Part shown: positions 1-320 of the stretch, piece by piece
Layout of the letters: each line of letters begins with the position of its first letter
Numbering within the stretch: the first letter of the stretch is position 1
DNA from: Escherichia coli
GTDB lineage: Bacteria; Pseudomonadota; Gammaproteobacteria; Enterobacterales; Enterobacteriaceae
Reading direction: 5' to 3' (one strand)
NCBI RefSeq assembly: GCF_003334255.1
Contig: NZ_QOWU01000263.1
Length of the DNA: 320 bases
Program-made: the position numbers and the translations under genes
Notes under the pieces: model-generated
What the model was told of the DNA's origin: nothing
The model's database searches: none
What the model saw: the letters and a program-made list of their open reading frames with translations, nothing else

Positions 1-4
1 TTTA

Positions 5-16
5 GGGCGCTTTTTT
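5..16. terminator. Possible distal half of an intrinsic terminator, truncated by the window edge: GGGCGC followed by TTTTTT
   Basis: On the + strand, GGGCGC (5-10) is followed directly by a T6 run (11-16). The complementary GCGCCC stem arm would lie left of position 1 and is not visible. On the minus strand the same region reads, just after the tRNA CCA, A6-GCGCCC, i.e. the A-tract side of a possibly bidirectional terminator. Only half the structure is present, so this is tentative. Confidence 0.3.
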
Positions 17-20
17 ACAT

Positions 21-96
21 TGGTGGGTCGTGCAGGATTCGAACCTGCGACCAATTGATTAAAAGTCAACTGCTCTACCAACTGAGCTAACGACCC
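21..96 (-). tRNA. tRNA-Lys, anticodon UUU, 76 nt with genomically encoded 3' CCA
   Basis: Reverse complement of 21-96 is GGGTCGTTAGCTCAGTTGGTAGAGCAGTTGACTTTTAATCAATTGGTCGCAGGTTCGAATCCTGCACGACCCACCA. It folds as a canonical cloverleaf: acceptor stem GGGTCGT/ACGACCC (7 bp), D-arm GCTC/GAGC, anticodon stem GTTGA/TCAAT with loop CTTTTAA (U33, anticodon UUU at window 61-63, A37), T-arm GCAGG/CCTGC with loop TTCGAAT, discriminator A, CCA. Recognised from memory as the E. coli-type tRNA-Lys(UUU) of the lysT family; the specific paralog is not assignable from sequence alone. Confidence 0.96.
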
Positions 97-144
97 ATAC
101 GGGTGTTACCTGAAAGATTTTTACTCGGGGCCAATCTTTAAGAT

Positions 145-162
145 TGGTGGGTCGTGCAGGAT
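145..162 (-). repeat. Orphan 18-nt tRNA-Lys 3'-end fragment (tRNA positions 59-76: end of T-loop, T-stem 3' strand, acceptor 3' strand, discriminator, CCA)
   Basis: 145-162 (TGGTGGGTCGTGCAGGAT) is identical to 21-38 and 243-260, the 3' termini of the two full genes. Identity stops abruptly at 163; the following sequence shows no tRNA body (no T-stem 5' strand, anticodon arm or D-arm). It therefore cannot fold into a tRNA and is a remnant, not a gene. Confidence 0.85.
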
Positions 163-242
163 GACTCGCTTCGCTCGCCCTACGGGCCGTTGCTGGCGCA
201 ACGTTATCCTTCACGCTTAACATCTGAGTTTGATGTTAAAAC

Positions 243-318
243 TGGTGGGTCGTGCAGGATTCGAACCTGCGACCAATTGATTAAAAGTCAACTGCTCTAC
301 CAACTGAGCTAACGACCC
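243..318 (-). tRNA. tRNA-Lys, anticodon UUU, 76 nt with genomically encoded 3' CCA (second copy, identical to 21-96)
   Basis: 243-318 is base-for-base identical to 21-96 (76/76). Same cloverleaf; anticodon at window 283-285. It lies upstream of the 21-96 copy in the direction of transcription. Positions 319-320 are probably the first bases of a short spacer to another upstream gene, which is not visible here. Confidence 0.96.
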
Positions 319-320
319 GA

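Noticed and set aside
97-145. Possible internal promoter upstream of the downstream tRNA (TTGGCC and TAAAAAT-like hexamers on the minus strand)
   Set aside because: The candidate -35 and -10 elements are only about 5 nt apart, not about 17, so no acceptable sigma70 promoter geometry exists. The genes are most likely cotranscribed.
161-220. Plus-strand mini-ORF of 19 codons (ATG 161-163 to TAA 218-220)
   Set aside because: It is antisense to the tRNA operon, its ATG is formed by the last bases of the orphan tRNA fragment, and the only AGGA nearby overlaps the start codon with no spacing. It is too short and unsupported to call.
59-223. Minus-strand ORF of 54 codons (ATG at 223-221 to TAA at 61-59), encoding a basic Arg/Ala/Pro-rich peptide
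   Set aside because: It reads straight through the spacer and into the body of the 21-96 tRNA gene. There is no Shine-Dalgarno motif upstream of the ATG (preceding sequence AAACTCAG), and the ATG lies inside the 217-239 hairpin. It is most likely a chance open frame in a structured RNA region.
21-260. Three copies of the same 18-nt sequence (21-38, 145-162, 243-260) as a possible CRISPR-like array
   Set aside because: Two of the three copies are simply the 3' ends of intact tRNA genes, and the spacings (124 bp and 98 bp) are unequal and far longer than CRISPR spacers. The repeat is explained by tRNA homology.
145-260. Orphan tRNA 3' end plus intact tRNA 3' end as attL/attR-like direct repeats flanking an integrated element
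   Set aside because: Integrases do commonly target tRNA 3' ends and leave such duplications, but the sequence between these repeats is only 80 bp (163-242). That is far too small for an island or prophage and carries no integrase or other cargo. A recombination remnant is more plausible.

Overview
This window is a segment of a multi-copy tRNA operon read on the minus strand, and I see no evidence of a novel system. It holds two 100% identical 76-nt tRNA-Lys(UUU) genes (21-96 and 243-318, both minus strand, CCA encoded), separated by a 146-bp spacer. The tRNA sequence matches, from memory, the Escherichia coli / Enterobacteriaceae tRNA-Lys of the lysT-valT-lysW-valZ-lysY-lysZ-lysQ cluster; which paralogs these are I cannot determine without a search. 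The spacer contains an 18-nt orphan copy of the tRNA-Lys 3' end (145-162), a perfect 8+1+8 palindrome overlapping that fragment's CCA end (131-147), and two further inverted repeats (188-203, 217-239). The left edge (5-16) looks like the distal half of an intrinsic terminator cut by the window boundary. No credible protein-coding gene is present. The most parsimonious reading is an ordinary core housekeeping locus; the tRNA-end remnant and the spacer palindromes are the only items worth a second look.
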